From assembly GCA_004431415.1 (NCBI GenBank), contig QPMI01000079.1, forward strand, positions 1 through 64,000: 64,000 bases of DNA, given 5' to 3'. The translations under genes were made by a program, and so were the position numbers. This stretch comes from Cyanophora paradoxa CCMP329. Taxonomy: Eukaryota > Plantae > Glaucophyta. Below, piece by piece: positions 61,801 through 64,000 of the stretch. The notes below the pieces were generated by a model. The model was not told the origin of the DNA. It ran no database searches and saw only the letters and a list, made by a program, of their open reading frames with translations. Each line of letters starts with the position of its first letter. Within the stretch, counting starts at the first letter, position 1.

Positions 61801-64000
61801 GGCGGGGCTGGGGCGGGGCGGGGCGTACCGGGCGGTGGGCGACCATGTTCTTGACGACGAGGCCGCGCACGGAGGGGCCCTCCCAGAAGAAGAAGAGCTG
61901 CACGACGCCCCGCTGCACGAAGTGCTCCTAGAGGAGGGGGGGTAGGCGGGGGCGTCGGCGTCAGAGAGAGACGGCGCCTCGGGCGCCGCCGCACGCACGA
62001 TGTTCATGAGGAGGATGACGCAGCCGGCGATCATGCCCATCAGCAGCGCGAAGAAGATGCCGAGCAGCAGCAGCAGGTCGAACGAGAGCAGCGCCAGCGG
62101 CACCACGTAGTAGCTGCGGAGGGGGGCCGCTCGGTCGGGCGCCGAGGGGGCGGACATGGAAGAGGGGGCGCACATGAGGAAGCCGAAGACGGCGAGCATG
62201 AAGCCGATGAGGAGGGCCCCCCAGGGGACGTCGCCCTTCTCCGCCCGCTCGATCGTGTACACCACCGCCTTCGTCTGCGGCGCGGGGCGAGGGCGTTGAC
62301 GTTGGCGTGGCTCGAGCGGCGGCGGGGCGGGGCGGGGCGGGGCGGGGGCGCCTTGGAGTGGCGGGTGTCGAGGGAGTCGTGCAGGTTGGAGCGGAGCGCC
62401 GCGCGGATGGGCAGCACCGCCGCCGCCAGCGGCACCTGCGCGCCGGCGGAACCTTAGATTCGATTGGAATGGAGCGGGCGTGGGGGCGGGGGCGGGGCGG
62501 ACGGCGAAGGCGACGGCGGTGGCGGCGCCGACGGAGCGGGGGAAGAGGAGCGGGGAGACCTCCGCCTCCACCAGCCGCGACACGTACCGCATCGCCGGCA
62601 CCGCCGCGATCTGAGGCGGCGTGGGTGGGGCGTCAGCCCCTCCAGCCGCCTCTCGATGGAGGGAGGGCGCGGGCCGTGTCCGCCCTTCCTAGCAACGACC
62701 GGCCGGTGCCGGTGCTGGGCGGGTCGCGGCAGGCGGACCTGGGCGAGGAGGAGGCCGAGGACCCAGGCCGGCACCGCGAACGCCAGCGCGTGCACCAGCA
62801 GCAGCTCCAGCACCTAAGGGGGAGGGGGTGGGGGAGGGTGGGGGGGGGGGGGGGGGGGTTGCGGGGGGTGGGGGGTGGGGGGGGGGCGGGCGCACCCCGC
62901 GGCGGGTCACGCCGACCATTCGGAGCAGGCCTGCGAGAGGGGGGCGGGGACCGTGAGAGAGGGCGGGCCCGGGCGGTAAAGGACGGGTACCGAGCTCGAA
63001 GGTGCGCGTCTGGACGGAGATAATGAGGAGGGAGTCTGCGGGGGCGCGCCGTTAGCCACCCCGCTTCCGTGCCGCCGGGGCGGGGCGGGGCGGGGCGGGG
63101 CGGACAGATGAGGATGAGGGCGAGGACGATGAGGAGAGCGAAGATGACGGCGAGGAGGAGGGAGAGGTAGAGCGAGAAGGTCTTCGACTCGCCCAGCTGC
63201 TCCGCCACCGGCATCTTCGACGAGACCTGCATGCCCCCCGGGCACGCGCAGTGAGCTTCGCGCTTCTACGATTTCACGTTTTGAAGGGGAGGTAGCTAGA
63301 GATAAGGCCCTGCGCTCCGCCGCCGCCGCCGCCGCCGCCTCTCTTAGCTTCCGATCCCCCCGCGCGCTTGCGCCGCGCCGAGCGCGCCTGGTCGAATCCG
63401 ACGGAGAAGAGGACGGCGGAGGAGAAGTCCACGACGCGCTGCAGGATCACGTCGTACGAGGGGTCTGCGCCGCCCCGTCAGCGGGGCCGGGGCCCCGGGG
63501 TGCGCGGTCCTCGCGGCGGGCGGCGGGGGGGGCGGGAGGGGTACTCGCCCACGTAGACGTCGAGGCGGTCCGGGAGCTGGATCGTCACCTGGGAGGCGTA
63601 GGACCTGGGGGTACGGCGTTCAGGGTTCGGGGGTACGGAAAGGGCCGCGGGGGGTTAGGGGTACGGCCGCGCCTGTAGTCGACGGCGGCGAGGAGGGGTA
63701 GGGCGTCCGGGTCGAGCTTTGGGATGTTCGGATGCACGGTACCCGGGTCCGTCAGCAGCGGCCCCACGTCCCTGTAGTCCATGAACACCGCGTTCTGGGG
63801 GTACAGGGTTTAGGAGGGTACGGAATGAGTTCGAGGTGGGGGGGGAGAGGGGGTACCGTGACGTCCTCGGGCGTCTTGCCGAGCGTGCTCGAGACGGTCC
63901 CCTGTACCCGCACGTTGAGGTGCACGGCCCCGTAGGAGGCCGCGTAGCTGCGGGGGGGGGGGTGCGGATTCGGATCGAGGGGTGGAGAGGGGCTCCGAGA
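58804..64000 (-). CDS. FtsX/MacB-like (ABC3) permease, eukaryotic type with two permease halves (5' end outside window)
   Basis: FSLYLSLLLAVIFALLIVLALILI...RTFELG; LPIRAALRSNLHDSLD; KNMVAHR|RNRKTTVMYALALGFIIF; SMYSNIHEQAK|EIGVLRAMG...YCYEAFSLVISASLLALLIGLGIGYTMTLQ; stop 58804-58806. Confidence 0.85.

Noticed and set aside
63620-63820. Telomere-like ggggttaggg/gggtttagg words (also near 47490-47520)
   Set aside because: Isolated, non-tandem and explained by G-rich antisense intron sequence.
50-63935. Most long Arg/Pro/Ala/Gly-rich ORFs in the six-frame track
   Set aside because: They are stop-poor shadows of GC-rich exons, introns and repeats; real genes need splicing.

Overview
GC-rich, intron-dense eukaryotic nuclear DNA with short GT-AG and GC-AG introns, so the supplied ORF track is mostly spurious and the gene models here were spliced by eye. 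Two N-termini (MASF..., MTSF...) resemble glaucophyte-type plastid transit peptides, suggesting a Cyanophora-like alga (inference). About 16 genes: an FN3-like tandem-repeat protein (5' truncated), a CVNH-like protein, alanine dehydrogenase, RNase P Rpr2/RPP21, a TPR protein, D-3-phosphoglycerate dehydrogenase, two tandem C2HC zinc-finger paralogues, an F-box protein, an orphan, a type I membrane protein, an EF-hand/WD40 protein, a multipass membrane protein, a DUF151 bifunctional nuclease head-to-head with PYD1, and an FtsX-like permease (5' truncated). Non-coding DNA holds a 3.66-kb element with perfect 45-bp TIRs, C...G termini and a 3-bp TSD, plus a nest of MITEs at 34.2-37.6 kb. The most striking signal is that non-coding DNA is saturated with two stereotyped micro-insertions, X-X'-X and X-C-X'-G-X (X = any 3-mer, X' = its reverse complement). 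Paralogous empty and filled sites inside the window show these are insertions. Their geometry matches hairpin-mediated excision footprints of a transposon with a 3-bp TSD and C...G ends, like the one present here.
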